Shown piece after piece: positions 12,816 to 22,731 of a stretch of DNA of 64,000 nucleotides (positions are counted from its first letter, which is position 1; every line of letters starts with the position of its first letter). The DNA is from Myxococcota bacterium. Its GTDB lineage: Bacteria > UBA10199 > JACPAL01 > GCA-016699445. The position numbers and the translations under genes are program-made. The stretch covers positions 5,599 through 69,598 of the forward strand of contig JBPOJN010000014.1 of assembly GCA_052033505.1 (NCBI GenBank), written 5' to 3'. The notes below the pieces were generated by a model that searched no databases, had not been told where the DNA came from, and saw nothing but the letters and a program-made list of their open reading frames with translations.

Positions 12816-13277
12816 ATGGAAATCGCGATCGCCTCCGACCATGGCGGCTTGGATTTGAAGCAACGAGTTTTAGATTTTTTGAAATCCCGGGATGTCGCCT
12901 ATCGCGATCTCGGCACGAGCACGGCGGAGTCCGTGGATTATCCCGACTATGCGGCCAAGGTCGCGAAGCTGGTCTCCGAAGGCCAGGTGTCCGCTGGGAT
13001 ATTACTTTGCGGAACCGGCGTCGGCATGTGTATCGCCGCGAATAAGTTCAAGGGCGTGCGCGCGGCTGTCGTCAGCGAGTCGTATTCTGCCCGCATGGCA
13101 AAAGAACACAACAACGCCAATATCCTCTGCTTAGGCGCGCGCGTGTTGACGAAAGAAGGCGCGGAAAAAGTCGAAACGATTTTGGCGGCTTGGCTAGACG
13201 CTTCCTATGCGGGCGACCGCCACACGCGCCGGTTGGATAAGATCCACGAAATCGAAAATAAGAATTTCAAAGCCTAA
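12816..13277 (+). CDS. rpiB: Ribose 5-phosphate isomerase B
   Basis: IASDHGG, SVDYPDYA, CGTGVGMCIAANK, HNNANILCLGAR. Confidence 0.96.
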   Translation: MEIAIASDHGGLDLKQRVLDFLKSRDVAYRDLGTSTAESVDYPDYAAKVAKLVSEGQVSAGILLCGTGVGMCIAANKFKGVRAAVVSESYSARMAKEHNNANILCLGARVLTKEGAEKVETILAAWLDASYAGDRHTRRLDKIHEIENKNFKA

Positions 13278-13280
13278 AGC

Positions 13281-14267
13281 TCACAACCATTTTTTCCGGC
13301 GGAAATAATACAAAAGTCCGCCGCCGACCGCCGCCATCAATCCGTAAGCGAGATAGTGTCCGTAAGGCCAATTGATCTCGGGCATGTATTTGAAATTCAT
13401 TCCGTAAATCCCCGTGATCACCGTCATCGGCAGCATCACGCACGACAGCATCGTCAGTACCTTCATCACGTCGCCGGCCTTATTCGAGGACGTCAGCAAA
13501 TGCGCTTCGACCAGGCCCGAAACCGCATCGCGGTGCGACTCCACCCGGTCGGTGATGCGCAGCATGTGGTCGTGCACGTTGGCAAGATAGGGGAGCGAAA
13601 AAGGCAACATCTCGTCATAGCCCGACTTTACGAGCTGGATGACGATGGCGAGCTGCTGGGCGACCATGCCTTTCAGCCGGATCAGGTTCCGGCGCAGCCC
13701 GAAAACTTCGGTCAGAAACCGCTCGTCGTGTTCTTTCAAGACGTCGTCTTCCATCTCGATGATCTTGCGTTCGAACTGGTCCAAGACCGGCGTGTAGAGG
13801 TTCGCGGCTTCGTCCAGAATTTTAGCGAGCAAAAAATCCGCGCCTCGGAAATAGTTTTTGGGGCTGATTTTCGAGCGTTCTTTGACAGTCTCGATGCTGC
13901 GTAAATGGGGCTTGTGATAGGTCACTAGGTAATGAGGCCCCAGGAAGAGGTCCAATTCGGCGCCTTTGAATTCCTTTTCGGAACTCTGAGGGAGGATTTC
14001 GTGCGTGATCAAAAAAAGATATTCGCCGTAATCCTCGACCTTCGGGTGATGCCGGGGCGAAAGGCAGTCGTCGATCGTGAGCGGGTGAAAATTAAAAACC
14101 GTATCCAGAAGCTCCGTTTCGGGAGGGGTGGGCTTTTCGATGTCGACCCACGTCACGCGGGAGCGGTCGGCGATGAGAGCTCGGAGATCGACCGGATCTC
14201 TTCGTTCTTCCAGTCCGGTTCTCTCATTATAAGTGAAGATCGTCAGCACGGGCCGCTTTTCTACCAA
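13281..14267 (-). CDS. corA: Magnesium/cobalt transporter CorA
   Basis: FHPLTIDDC, GIYGMNFKYMPE motif, two C-terminal TM helices. Confidence 0.95.
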   Translation of the reverse strand: MVEKRPVLTIFTYNERTGLEERRDPVDLRALIADRSRVTWVDIEKPTPPETELLDTVFNFHPLTIDDCLSPRHHPKVEDYGEYLFLITHEILPQSSEKEFKGAELDLFLGPHYLVTYHKPHLRSIETVKERSKISPKNYFRGADFLLAKILDEAANLYTPVLDQFERKIIEMEDDVLKEHDERFLTEVFGLRRNLIRLKGMVAQQLAIVIQLVKSGYDEMLPFSLPYLANVHDHMLRITDRVESHRDAVSGLVEAHLLTSSNKAGDVMKVLTMLSCVMLPMTVITGIYGMNFKYMPEINWPYGHYLAYGLMAAVGGGLLYYFRRKKWL

Positions 14268-14412
14268 AGGCCGCGTACAAGGGCCACGAAAGAGTGGGTA
14301 AGCTAAACTTTCCTCGTATTCGCGAGAATACTCTATGTTATTTTCTATTGAAAACGGTGTTGCATGCCCTTGCGGAGTGTGACACCAAGCATGTTAAGAT
14401 TAGGAGAGGCTC

Positions 14413-16518
14413 ATGGAAATTTCTAGTTCAAAATTTATTTACTCCACGGCTTTCGCTGCTTTGGTGTTGTTTTCAATCTCTGCCGATGCCGCAACCGTGA
14501 CGAGTAACGCCGGAGACTGTGCGGCGGGTACTCTCCGCCAACTCGTTCACGATGCCGTCGACGGAGATGTCATTACCATTCCTGCGGGGATGACCGTCAC
14601 ATTGTCCAATGACAATTGTGCCGGTAATGACGGGGATAAAGACATCGACGTCGCCGCCGATATTACGATTCAGGGAGAAGATCGTTTAACAAGCATCGTC
14701 GATGCAGACGGAGACACATCCGTTTCTCGAGCTTTTCATATCGCCATTAACACCGATGTCGAGATCTCCCATCTGACCATCAAAGATGGTGTTGTTCTCT
14801 CAGGTGGAGGTGGCGCCATTCTTTTGTCTACAGGCGCCTCGCTTTTGATCAACGATGCTCTCATTACCAACAATGAGGCTGCATCGGCATTCTTCGAACA
14901 ACTAGGAGGGGCCATATTCACCGTCAGAGACTCCACTCTCATCATTGAAAATAGCGACCTAACTCTAAACTCGGCATACCGAGGTGGGGCTATTTACAGC
15001 AGTGGAAATGTCCTCATCCGGAACAGCAACCTCGAACAAAATTTTGTCTCCTCGACAACCGCCTCCTCCGGGGGTGCCATTTACAACTTGGGTGAGCTCA
15101 ACCTTGTCGACACGGCTGTCGTCTCTAACGAGTCATCAGGATCAGGAGGAGCCATCCGCTGCTCATCAGATGCAATGACGACCATCACCGGCACTGTAGG
15201 AAGCTCTCTCTGTAGTGTCAGTGGCAATCAAGCGAATGGTGGAGCGGGTGGTGCCATCCATGTCTCGGGCTCGATCATAATCGAAAACTGTCTCTTGGAA
15301 AATAATACCACCACCAGCACATCCAATCCCTCGAATGGAGGAGCCATCCACACCAGCAGTTCATTATCGTCAGTTTTCATCCGAGAAAGCCTGATCCAAA
15401 ATAATAGCTCTACCTACCAGGGAGGCGGAATTTACAGCGCTGGAAGCCTGATAGTCTCCGATAGTACTTTATCCGGAAATACCTCCGATTCCGATAATAG
15501 CGGCAACGGACTCGGAGGAGGCATCTACAGCGAAGATCTCGTCCTCACGAACTCTCTTATCACCGGCAATACGAACAACAGCGGTCAAGGCGGCGGAATT
15601 TATTTAAACAATGGATTGATTATGTCGAACAGCATCGTCTCTGAAAATACAGCGAACGACGGCGATGCAGGAGGCATCTTGGCCAATGGCACTTCTAGCA
15701 TTCGCAATAGCACGATTTCGGGAAATCGGGCCCTGGGGGACACAGGCACTCGCGATCACGATGGAGGAGGCCTCTACATCGCCGGCGCCTTGACACTCAG
15801 CAACAGCACGATTTCCGGAAACTCCTCGTCAGGTCATGGTGGTGGTATCTATGCATATGACAGTGTACCTCTGTTCATCAACAATACGACCATCGCCAGT
15901 AACCAAGCGAATTCTGATAGCGGCGGCCTGACGGCAGGCCAGGGTGGAGGGCTCTATGTCGACGTCTCCCAAGTCGTGATCGGCAATAGTATTATCGCGG
16001 ACAATGCCGATTCTGGTGTAGCCCCCGATTGTTTCTTCGATGCGACTGGCAACGGACACTTGACCATCGCCGGACCGACTTTGATCGAAACAGTCAATGA
16101 CGCTTGCGATCTTGCCGGAACAACAGCCCTTGTTCTGACAAGCGACCCTCTTTTCGCAACTGCAGGACTCGCCGACAATAACGGCCCTAGCGTGGGATAC
16201 CCATCAGCCACAACGACTTTGCAGACGATCAGTCTCCAGGACGCAAGCCCTGCCCTCAATGCGGGAGATACTTCCACCTGCCAAACAACAGATGCTCGAG
16301 GAATCCTACGTCCTCAAGGTTCTGCTTGCGAACTAGGATCTCTCGAAATTTTGGTCGATGCTGATGGAGATGGCGTGGGGGATGTTCAAGATAATTGCCC
16401 GGACGTTTCCAATCCGGATCAGGCGGATGCGGATAGCGATGGAATCGGCGATGCATGCGAATCCGACTCCACAAACGGCGGTGGATCGGGCGGCGGTTGT
16501 AGCCTCATCGCAGGTTAA
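14413..16518 (-). other. No separate minus-strand gene supported here (antisense to the surface-protein CDS)
   Basis: Only short shadow ORFs on this strand. Confidence 0.3.
14413..16518 (+). CDS. Secreted beta-helix (GGAI/Pmp-like, choice-of-anchor Q-like) protein with TSP3 repeat and GGCSLIAG tail
   Basis: Signal peptide; many N..GG(A/G)IY repeats; LADNNGP...SPALNAG...DARG..RPQG..CELG; DGDGVGDVQDNCP. Confidence 0.8.
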   Translation: MEISSSKFIYSTAFAALVLFSISADAATVTSNAGDCAAGTLRQLVHDAVDGDVITIPAGMTVTLSNDNCAGNDGDKDIDVAADITIQGEDRLTSIVDADGDTSVSRAFHIAINTDVEISHLTIKDGVVLSGGGGAILLSTGASLLINDALITNNEAASAFFEQLGGAIFTVRDSTLIIENSDLTLNSAYRGGAIYSSGNVLIRNSNLEQNFVSSTTASSGGAIYNLGELNLVDTAVVSNESSGSGGAIRCSSDAMTTITGTVGSSLCSVSGNQANGGAGGAIHVSGSIIIENCLLENNTTTSTSNPSNGGAIHTSSSLSSVFIRESLIQNNSSTYQGGGIYSAGSLIVSDSTLSGNTSDSDNSGNGLGGGIYSEDLVLTNSLITGNTNNSGQGGGIYLNNGLIMSNSIVSENTANDGDAGGILANGTSSIRNSTISGNRALGDTGTRDHDGGGLYIAGALTLSNSTISGNSSSGHGGGIYAYDSVPLFINNTTIASNQANSDSGGLTAGQGGGLYVDVSQVVIGNSIIADNADSGVAPDCFFDATGNGHLTIAGPTLIETVNDACDLAGTTALVLTSDPLFATAGLADNNGPSVGYPSATTTLQTISLQDASPALNAGDTSTCQTTDARGILRPQGSACELGSLEILVDADGDGVGDVQDNCPDVSNPDQADADSDGIGDACESDSTNGGGSGGGCSLIAG

Positions 16519-16545
16519 TGAACTCTAAAAATTTAGGAGAACCCT

Positions 16546-18594
16546 ATGACATTTTTTAAACGACTCACACTCCTGGCCTTCTTCGCATCGATCTTGCCTC
16601 TCGCAACACAGGCCGCGACGATCACGGTCAATACGACCGAAGATGAGATCAATACCGACGGAGACTGTTCCCTCCGAGAGGCTATCGTCTCATCCAATAG
16701 CGATACAGCGACGGACGCCTGCACCGCAGGCAGTGGGGTAGATACGATTGTAATTCCAGCGGGAACTTATACCTTAAGCCTCACCGGATCCGGAGAAGAT
16801 CTCTCAGTCACAGGAGATTTAGATATCTTGCAAGACGTTACACTTTCTGGAGCAGGGGCCAGCGCCACCATCATCAATGGCAACGGGACCGTCACACAGG
16901 ATCGCGTGTTTCACATCGATCCTGCCTTAAGTACCATCGGCATCTCGGTCACCATCTCCGGACTCACCATTCGCGGCGGTAGAACCACATCAGCCGGCGG
17001 TGGAATTTTGATTTCCGGGGAAGGCTCTTTAAGACTCTCCCTATCTCACGTGGAAGATAATGTAGGGGGCGGAAGCGGAGGCGGAGGTATCGCACTCCCT
17101 GAGAGTAGCGGTGGCTCCCTCATCCTCTCCGGCTCTACGATCAGTGGCAATGAAAGTGATACTCACGGCGGTGGTATCTATACTTTCGAGGCATCCGTCT
17201 TAATCACCGATGGAAGTGTCATCTCAGGTAACACGGCCCTTCATGCTGGTGGTGGCATCAGCACCGGTGATAATTCCTCGATCCTAGAAATCATCGAAAG
17301 TCAGGTATCGGACAATACATCTTTTGCAGGCGGCGGCGTTTTTAGCTTGGGCATGACTCGCATCACCGACTCCACTGTCAGCGGCAACAGTGCTTCTGGC
17401 AACGGCGGCGGCCTGCATCTCTCCGATTCTGAGATCCTCGGCACGACGATTCAAGATAACGACGCTATCAACGAAAGTAACGGCGGCGGACTCTATACGG
17501 ATGGATCCTTCACCAAGATCTCCAACTCTTCTATCTCAAATAACCGCTCCGACGGAGCTGGCGGAGGACTCTATTTCGGGGCAGATATCGGCGTCATCGA
17601 AGATAGTCACATCACGGATAACCTCTCTAATTCGAACAATGATGACAACGCTGACGGTCCCGGAGGCGGTATTTACAGCCAAGCAAATTCTCTAACCATC
17701 CTTCGCAGTCACATCACCGGCAACACCTCAAATCGCTACTGGGCAGGTGGTATCGGCTTCGAATCAGGCAGTGGGTCATCGCTCCTCATAGAGGATTCGA
17801 CGATTTCAGATAATACCTCGACGGATAGTTATGGTGGCGGCCTTGTTCTAGACACCTATTCTTGCATCATTCGCTCCAGCACGATTTCGGGAAATAGCGC
17901 TCTGGGGGACACTCAGAATTCTGGCACTACCGACAGCGAAGGTGGTGGCATGTATATCAATGGTGGCTCACACTGCGTCATCGAAAATACAACGATCGCT
18001 AACAACATCGCTGATGGCGGTGGTGGCGGCATCGCTAACTTTGCTGAGCTACAACTCAATCATGTCACCATCACCGGAAACACTGCCGATCATGGTGTTG
18101 GCGGTGCCTCGAATGACACAGGTGGTGGAATCTATCACTCCGGAGTTAGCGGTTTGCTCGTACTCAATTCTATCATTAGTGGAAACAGTGATGCAGGATC
18201 GAGTGGTAACGAGTACGCCGATTGTTTCACCAACAGCTCTGCTTATCTCGTCTCTTCTGGCCCGAATATTATCCAAGATACGACAGGATGTACGATTCAT
18301 GGAGACACCCCCATCTCGGCAGATCCTCTGTTCGACACCGCTGGCCTTATCGACAATGGTGGTTTGACACTGACAATTTCTCTTCAGAGTGGAAGCCCTG
18401 CGATCGATGCAGGTGGCTCTACGACATGCTTACCCACCGATCAGCGCGGTGCTTCAAGGCCCGTCGATGGAAATAGCGATAGCACCGCCCAGTGCGATCT
18501 CGGCGCCGTTGAGCTTTCGTCTACAGTCCCGACGCTCGCGACCGAAACTCTTGGCCAGAATCAGGCCTCTGGTGGTTGTAGTTTAGTACGATAA
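16546..18594 (+). CDS. CSLREA-domain beta-helix surface protein with GGCSLVR tail
   Basis: Signal peptide; DGDCSLREAI; GGGI repeats; DNGGLT...SPAIDAG...DQRG..RP..CDLGAVE. Confidence 0.85.
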   Translation: MTFFKRLTLLAFFASILPLATQAATITVNTTEDEINTDGDCSLREAIVSSNSDTATDACTAGSGVDTIVIPAGTYTLSLTGSGEDLSVTGDLDILQDVTLSGAGASATIINGNGTVTQDRVFHIDPALSTIGISVTISGLTIRGGRTTSAGGGILISGEGSLRLSLSHVEDNVGGGSGGGGIALPESSGGSLILSGSTISGNESDTHGGGIYTFEASVLITDGSVISGNTALHAGGGISTGDNSSILEIIESQVSDNTSFAGGGVFSLGMTRITDSTVSGNSASGNGGGLHLSDSEILGTTIQDNDAINESNGGGLYTDGSFTKISNSSISNNRSDGAGGGLYFGADIGVIEDSHITDNLSNSNNDDNADGPGGGIYSQANSLTILRSHITGNTSNRYWAGGIGFESGSGSSLLIEDSTISDNTSTDSYGGGLVLDTYSCIIRSSTISGNSALGDTQNSGTTDSEGGGMYINGGSHCVIENTTIANNIADGGGGGIANFAELQLNHVTITGNTADHGVGGASNDTGGGIYHSGVSGLLVLNSIISGNSDAGSSGNEYADCFTNSSAYLVSSGPNIIQDTTGCTIHGDTPISADPLFDTAGLIDNGGLTLTISLQSGSPAIDAGGSTTCLPTDQRGASRPVDGNSDSTAQCDLGAVELSSTVPTLATETLGQNQASGGCSLVR

Positions 18595-19391
18595 GCTTTT
18601 TGGAGAAGGCCGGTGACGATACGCGCGTTGCCGGCCTTTTTTCTTTCGATCCATCCTACCGGCATGATGTCTTTGAGCGAGCTCGTGATAAAAATTTCGT
18701 CGGCATGATTCAGGGCCGCAGCACACAAGCTTTTCTCTACCACCGGTATTTTCAAGCTTTTGGCAAGTTCCATCACGAAACGTCTTCGTGTCCCGGGAAG
18801 CAATCCATCGCTGATGGGAGGCGTGATCAACACACCTTTTGTCACGATGAAAAGATTACTCGAAGCGCCTTCGGTCACATACCCCGATTCATTCACCATC
18901 AAGGCTTCATCCATGTTGCGTCGAGCGGCTTCTCGTCGTGGGATCATTTTGCTTAAATAGCTCGTCGTTTTGATCCGAGAGAGGGTCTTCGAATCCGCCG
19001 AAAAACTTTTGGAGTACATCACTCGCGCACCCTGTGTGTAACACCGCTCCGGATAAGACTGAAAAGGGTTGGCCGTCATGACCAATCGCGATTTGCTCAC
19101 CTCAGCTTCGGAAAGCATCACACGAACTTGAGAGTCTCTAAGTCGATTTTTTCTTAAGAGAGCATGGATCCATTTTTTAAAATCATGAAGAGACACCGGA
19201 ACCTTCAGGCCTATGAGATTGGCATTATCCTGGAGCCTTCGAAAATGTCTCTGAAGAAGCAAAACACGACCCGCCATCACTCTCATGGTCTCAAAAAGGC
19301 CAATCCCATAAAGATAAGACGAGTCCGTCACTGGCAAAACGGCACGCGACTGCGGGACTATCTTTCCATCGATCCCTATGAAATGACCCAT
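18561..19391 (-). CDS. pabC: Class IV aminotransferase, probable 4-amino-4-deoxychorismate lyase
   Basis: YGIGLFETMR, HFRRL, KTTSY (PLP Lys), EGASSN, LLPGTRR; adjacent to pabB. Confidence 0.75.
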   Translation of the reverse strand: MGHFIGIDGKIVPQSRAVLPVTDSSYLYGIGLFETMRVMAGRVLLLQRHFRRLQDNANLIGLKVPVSLHDFKKWIHALLRKNRLRDSQVRVMLSEAEVSKSRLVMTANPFQSYPERCYTQGARVMYSKSFSADSKTLSRIKTTSYLSKMIPRREAARRNMDEALMVNESGYVTEGASSNLFIVTKGVLITPPISDGLLPGTRRRFVMELAKSLKIPVVEKSLCAAALNHADEIFITSSLKDIMPVGWIERKKAGNARIVTGLLQKAYRTKLQPPEA

Positions 19392-19427
19392 GTTTTTGAT
19401 CCTGCCTGTTTTCCGAGCCAAAAACAC

Positions 19428-19454
19428 GCATCTTTTGCGTCCCGCGGCCGATAA
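19428..19454 (+). promoter_or_regulatory. Variant sigma28-like promoter motif
   Basis: GCATCTTT-N11-GCCGATAA, 7 nt before the ATG at 19462. Confidence 0.65.
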
Positions 19455-19461
19455 CTCCCAC

Positions 19462-19791
19462 ATGATAGACATCATCATCCTCATGGTCGGCCTGGCCGCT
19501 TTAAGCCTCGGTATGGGCTATATCTTCAAGCCCCGTAAAGTCGGCAAGGCTGTTTCTTATATGCGCAAGAAACTGGAGCGCATGGAGCGCCGCCTGTCGC
19601 GTTCGCCGCGTTCGTACAAACGCACCGGATGGTCTTTTGCAGGCTTGGGTTTTATTTTGGTGTTCACCTATCTTCAGCCTATTTGGATCTACAACGCCAT
19701 CGTGCTCTTCCGCATGTCGATGGGCGTGATTTTTCCGCACATGTTTCAACAGGTCACGACCGTGCAGACCACGCCCGTCCTCTGTATTTGA
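19462..19791 (+). CDS. Small hypothetical membrane protein
   Basis: 109-aa ORF with 2-3 hydrophobic segments separated by a basic loop. Confidence 0.65.
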   Translation: MIDIIILMVGLAALSLGMGYIFKPRKVGKAVSYMRKKLERMERRLSRSPRSYKRTGWSFAGLGFILVFTYLQPIWIYNAIVLFRMSMGVIFPHMFQQVTTVQTTPVLCI

Positions 19792-19798
19792 TTTTCGT

Positions 19799-20962
19799 TC
19801 AGTAACCCAACGCCCGCATCATCCCGCACGCTTTCACCAGCGTTTCTTCGTATTCTTTCTCCGGATCCGAATCCGCGACGATGCCGCCGCCGCTCCACAC
19901 GTGGGCCTGACCGTCCTTGATCACCATGGTGCGGATAGCGACATTGAATTGCGCACGCCCGTCGTCCCCGATGAAACCGATCGCCCCGCAATACACCTCA
20001 CGCGCGTGCGCCTCGAGCTCGCGGATGATCTGCAACGCGCGGATCTTCGGCGCTCCCGTGACGGAACCGCTGGGAAACGCCGCTTGTAGGAGATCCACAA
20101 TGTCTTTGTCCGGCGAGAGCCGGCCTTCGACGGTCGAAACGCGGTGGTGCACCTGCGCGTAGCTTTCGATCGAACCCAGATCCGTCACGCGTACGCTGCC
20201 CGGGACGCAGACGCGGCCTAAGTCGTTCCGCTCGAGATCCGTGATCATCAAAAGTTCGGCGTGGTCTTTCGGGCTCTTGGCCAATTCTTCTTTCAGTCTC
20301 CGATCTTCCTCCGGCGTTTTTCCGCGAGGCCGTGTGCCTTTGATGGGCCGCGTGACGACGCGGTCGCCGTCCACGGAGAGGAAGAGTTCGGGCGAGGCCG
20401 AAAGGATCTGGGCGTCGCCTAAATCCAAATAAGCGGAGTAGGGGGCGGGGGAGACGGATTGAAGTTTTTGAAAAATTGTTTCCGCGGGCTCGGTGACCGG
20501 AACGGTGAATTTCTGCGAAAGATTCACTTGATAACAATCACCGGCGGCGATGAGGTCTTTTACGCGCTCGACGTTTCGGATGTAGTCTTGCTTCGAAACG
20601 TTCGCATGGCCGGAAAAATCCTTCGGGAAAACGTTCTGACCTGAAGCGGACGGAAGGGAAACGGGTTCCAGCGAGATATCATCGAAATAACCGAACACGG
20701 CCTTGGGGATCAAAAGATCCGAACGCGGCGGAATTTTCGCGCCCGTTTGCATTTCATAACCTATGTAACCGATCCATCCCCTCTTGAGAGGGCTGGGGGA
20801 CGTGCCGGGCGCGCGCGTCTCCCGGACGGCATGACGCAAGTGGTCGAAGAAATTTGCGGAAGACGTTCCGTCCGCCGTTAAAATTTTTTTGGGACGGCTC
20901 GCCATCATTCGGAAGCCGTCGAAATAAAGTGAGGTTTGAACCAAGCGGGGAGACATTTTCAT
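19799..20962 (-). CDS. pabB: Aminodeoxychorismate synthase component I
   Basis: GDCYQVNLSQ, SPAPYSA, SASPELFL, TRPIKGTRPRG, DLERNDLGRVC, PSGSVTGAPK. Confidence 0.9.
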   Translation of the reverse strand: MKMSPRLVQTSLYFDGFRMMASRPKKILTADGTSSANFFDHLRHAVRETRAPGTSPSPLKRGWIGYIGYEMQTGAKIPPRSDLLIPKAVFGYFDDISLEPVSLPSASGQNVFPKDFSGHANVSKQDYIRNVERVKDLIAAGDCYQVNLSQKFTVPVTEPAETIFQKLQSVSPAPYSAYLDLGDAQILSASPELFLSVDGDRVVTRPIKGTRPRGKTPEEDRRLKEELAKSPKDHAELLMITDLERNDLGRVCVPGSVRVTDLGSIESYAQVHHRVSTVEGRLSPDKDIVDLLQAAFPSGSVTGAPKIRALQIIRELEAHAREVYCGAIGFIGDDGRAQFNVAIRTMVIKDGQAHVWSGGGIVADSDPEKEYEETLVKACGMMRALGY

Positions 20963-20992
20963 CCCTTTCGTAAGATCCACGAGGGAAAAATA

Positions 20993-21020
20993 ACAACAAT
21001 ATTCCCCACATCGCCGATGA
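20993..21020 (+). promoter_or_regulatory. Variant sigma28-like promoter motif
   Basis: ACAACAAT-N12-GCCGATGA, 6 nt before the ATG at 21027. Confidence 0.6.
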
Positions 21021-21026
21021 AAAGGC

Positions 21027-21974
21027 ATGTCTTACACGGGTAGTATTTCTGCAGTCTCTGCCGTCATCGAAAGAAGCGTCACCGCGAGCGTCGATCCGAA
21101 TTCCGTCCTTCTTTTCAAGGCAAACAGCTCTCTTAAAGATTTCTCCGCGGTCTCGCCCGAAAGTTTTCATCGTATGGCGTTTCACGTCCAGGGCCGCGAT
21201 CCTCGAAAAGGCGATCGCATTTGGATCCATGCCGGAGACGGCGACTGGAATAAGTACGGGATCCAAAGCCCCTCCGCAGACATCCAGCTCACGTCTCAGT
21301 TTCCTTTTTTTCACCCGAGCGATCTTGAGAAACAACCGGCCCGCTTCCCCGTGGTGACTCTCGAATACGACGGGAAAGCGTGGCACGTCGCGAAGGGTAG
21401 GGTTTGGGGACATGCGACTTTGGTCGACAAGATTTTGCAGATGCTCGAAAAATCGGACTGGCTTTCCTCCCCAGGAGCCGGAGCGAAAAATGAGAAGCAC
21501 TTCGAAATCATAAGGCCGGCACCTGCTCGAGTCGAAGCCCCCGTTGTGCCGCGATTGCACGCCGTACCGTCTCGACCCAGACGTGCGCGAAGTGTTGTCA
21601 CGGAAAAGCCAGTTTCTAAACCTTCCGCTCCGTCTGGAGAAAAAGTCTCTTATCAGGCGGTTTTAGAATCCGAGATGGTGCGCGTGTTGGGTCGAAAGCC
21701 TATGATCAATGACGTTGTCCATCTCGTTTGTGCGGCTAGGGCTCATTTTCCCCGAGGGTCCCGTGCCGCTTGGGAAATTGTGAAAAACGCTCAGGCTTTT
21801 CTCAAGGAAGATTGCCCTTGCGCCGTCGTCAAACTCGCGCGCCGTCAACTGAGTTGGGAAGCGACCCTCCTTGACCGTGGCTTCGAGCGGGACCGCAGCT
21901 TGCTCGCTCAACTCATTCAAGAGCCTTCGCTGAAGAGTTTCATTTTTACGAGGGTTCGCGTTTCCCGTCCTTGA
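21027..21974 (+). CDS. Hypothetical orphan protein
   Basis: 315-aa ORF, no family recognised; Ser/Ala-rich N-terminus. Confidence 0.6.
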   Translation: MSYTGSISAVSAVIERSVTASVDPNSVLLFKANSSLKDFSAVSPESFHRMAFHVQGRDPRKGDRIWIHAGDGDWNKYGIQSPSADIQLTSQFPFFHPSDLEKQPARFPVVTLEYDGKAWHVAKGRVWGHATLVDKILQMLEKSDWLSSPGAGAKNEKHFEIIRPAPARVEAPVVPRLHAVPSRPRRARSVVTEKPVSKPSAPSGEKVSYQAVLESEMVRVLGRKPMINDVVHLVCAARAHFPRGSRAAWEIVKNAQAFLKEDCPCAVVKLARRQLSWEATLLDRGFERDRSLLAQLIQEPSLKSFIFTRVRVSRP

Positions 21975-21993
21975 GTTGCCAAAATCCGATCTT

Positions 21994-22389
21994 TTACGGA
22001 ATTCTTTTTATTCCTGGAAGCTGATCGAAGCCTTGGTCGAAGGAGAAAATGGTTTCGATCTTATATTTTTTCATTTGAGCCGCATGAAGCGCGTCCCGCG
22101 AGGAAAGCTTTTCGTAGCGGAGGACTAAGTCTTTTGCCGCCGACACGTCCGCTTCGGTGATGTCCCAAATTTTCTCGATGAAAGAATGCATTAAATCGAA
22201 GGCCGGCTGAATGAATTCTTTTCTATGGATGGCGGTGTAGCGATGGATGATTTCCTGCAGGACTTCGGCGTTGGTGACCAAGCTTTCCTTTTTTTGGATC
22301 AGTTCTTCCAGCGTCGCTTGCGTGATGCGTTTATTGGGATGGTCCGCTCCGATGAAATACATGACAATATTGGAATCCACGAAGATCAT
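21994..22389 (-). CDS. vapC: VapC (PIN domain) toxin
   Basis: IFVDSN, EVLQE, SRDALHAA, FSFDQGFD. Confidence 0.92.
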   Translation of the reverse strand: MIFVDSNIVMYFIGADHPNKRITQATLEELIQKKESLVTNAEVLQEIIHRYTAIHRKEFIQPAFDLMHSFIEKIWDITEADVSAAKDLVLRYEKLSSRDALHAAQMKKYKIETIFSFDQGFDQLPGIKRIP

Positions 22390-22631
22390 GAGGCATAGCC
22401 TTTTTCGATCTCGGAGAGCATGTGATCGATGTCTCCCGTGGGGGCGTTGAGAGAACTGTACCGTCTAATCGCTTCCAGTTTCTCCCGAGGGCTTTTCCCG
22501 GCCTTCTCCGCGGCCAACCGGCGCAGCGCCTGCCGCACCCATTCCCCCAAACTCAGACCCGTCTCCCGGGCGATTTGCTGGAATGCTTTGTATTCTTTGG
22601 GTTCCAAGAGGACTTGGAGTCTTTTACTCAT
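22386..22631 (-). CDS. RHH/CopG-type antitoxin (VapB-like)
   Basis: MSKRLQVLL...LSLGEWVRQALRR; overlaps the vapC start by 4 nt. Confidence 0.85.
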   Translation of the reverse strand: MSKRLQVLLEPKEYKAFQQIARETGLSLGEWVRQALRRLAAEKAGKSPREKLEAIRRYSSLNAPTGDIDHMLSEIEKGYAS

Positions 22632-22632
22632 G

Positions 22633-22665
22633 TCATGAGTATATAGGACTCATGATGGTAGTCAA
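22633..22665 (-). promoter_or_regulatory. sigma70 promoter with TA operator palindrome
   Basis: TTGACT-N16-TATACT 6 nt before the antitoxin ATG; inverted repeat TCATGAGT-N7-ACTCATGA (22633-22655). Confidence 0.7.
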
Positions 22666-22697
22666 TTAGGGTTTTCGGAGGAAGGTGGCGAAAAATG

Positions 22698-22725
22698 ACA
22701 ACAATATCCTGCAAGCGTTCGATGA
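22698..22725 (+). promoter_or_regulatory. Variant sigma28-like promoter motif
   Basis: ACAACAAT-N12-TTCGATGA, 6 nt before the ATG at 22732. Confidence 0.55.
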
Positions 22726-22731
22726 AACAGT

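Noticed and set aside
21953-21979. GCAAC-N14-CGCGAACC on the minus strand at the end of the 315-aa gene
   Set aside because: Antisense, lacks the TTT, and has no downstream gene; about one such 8-base match per strand is expected by chance in 64 kb.
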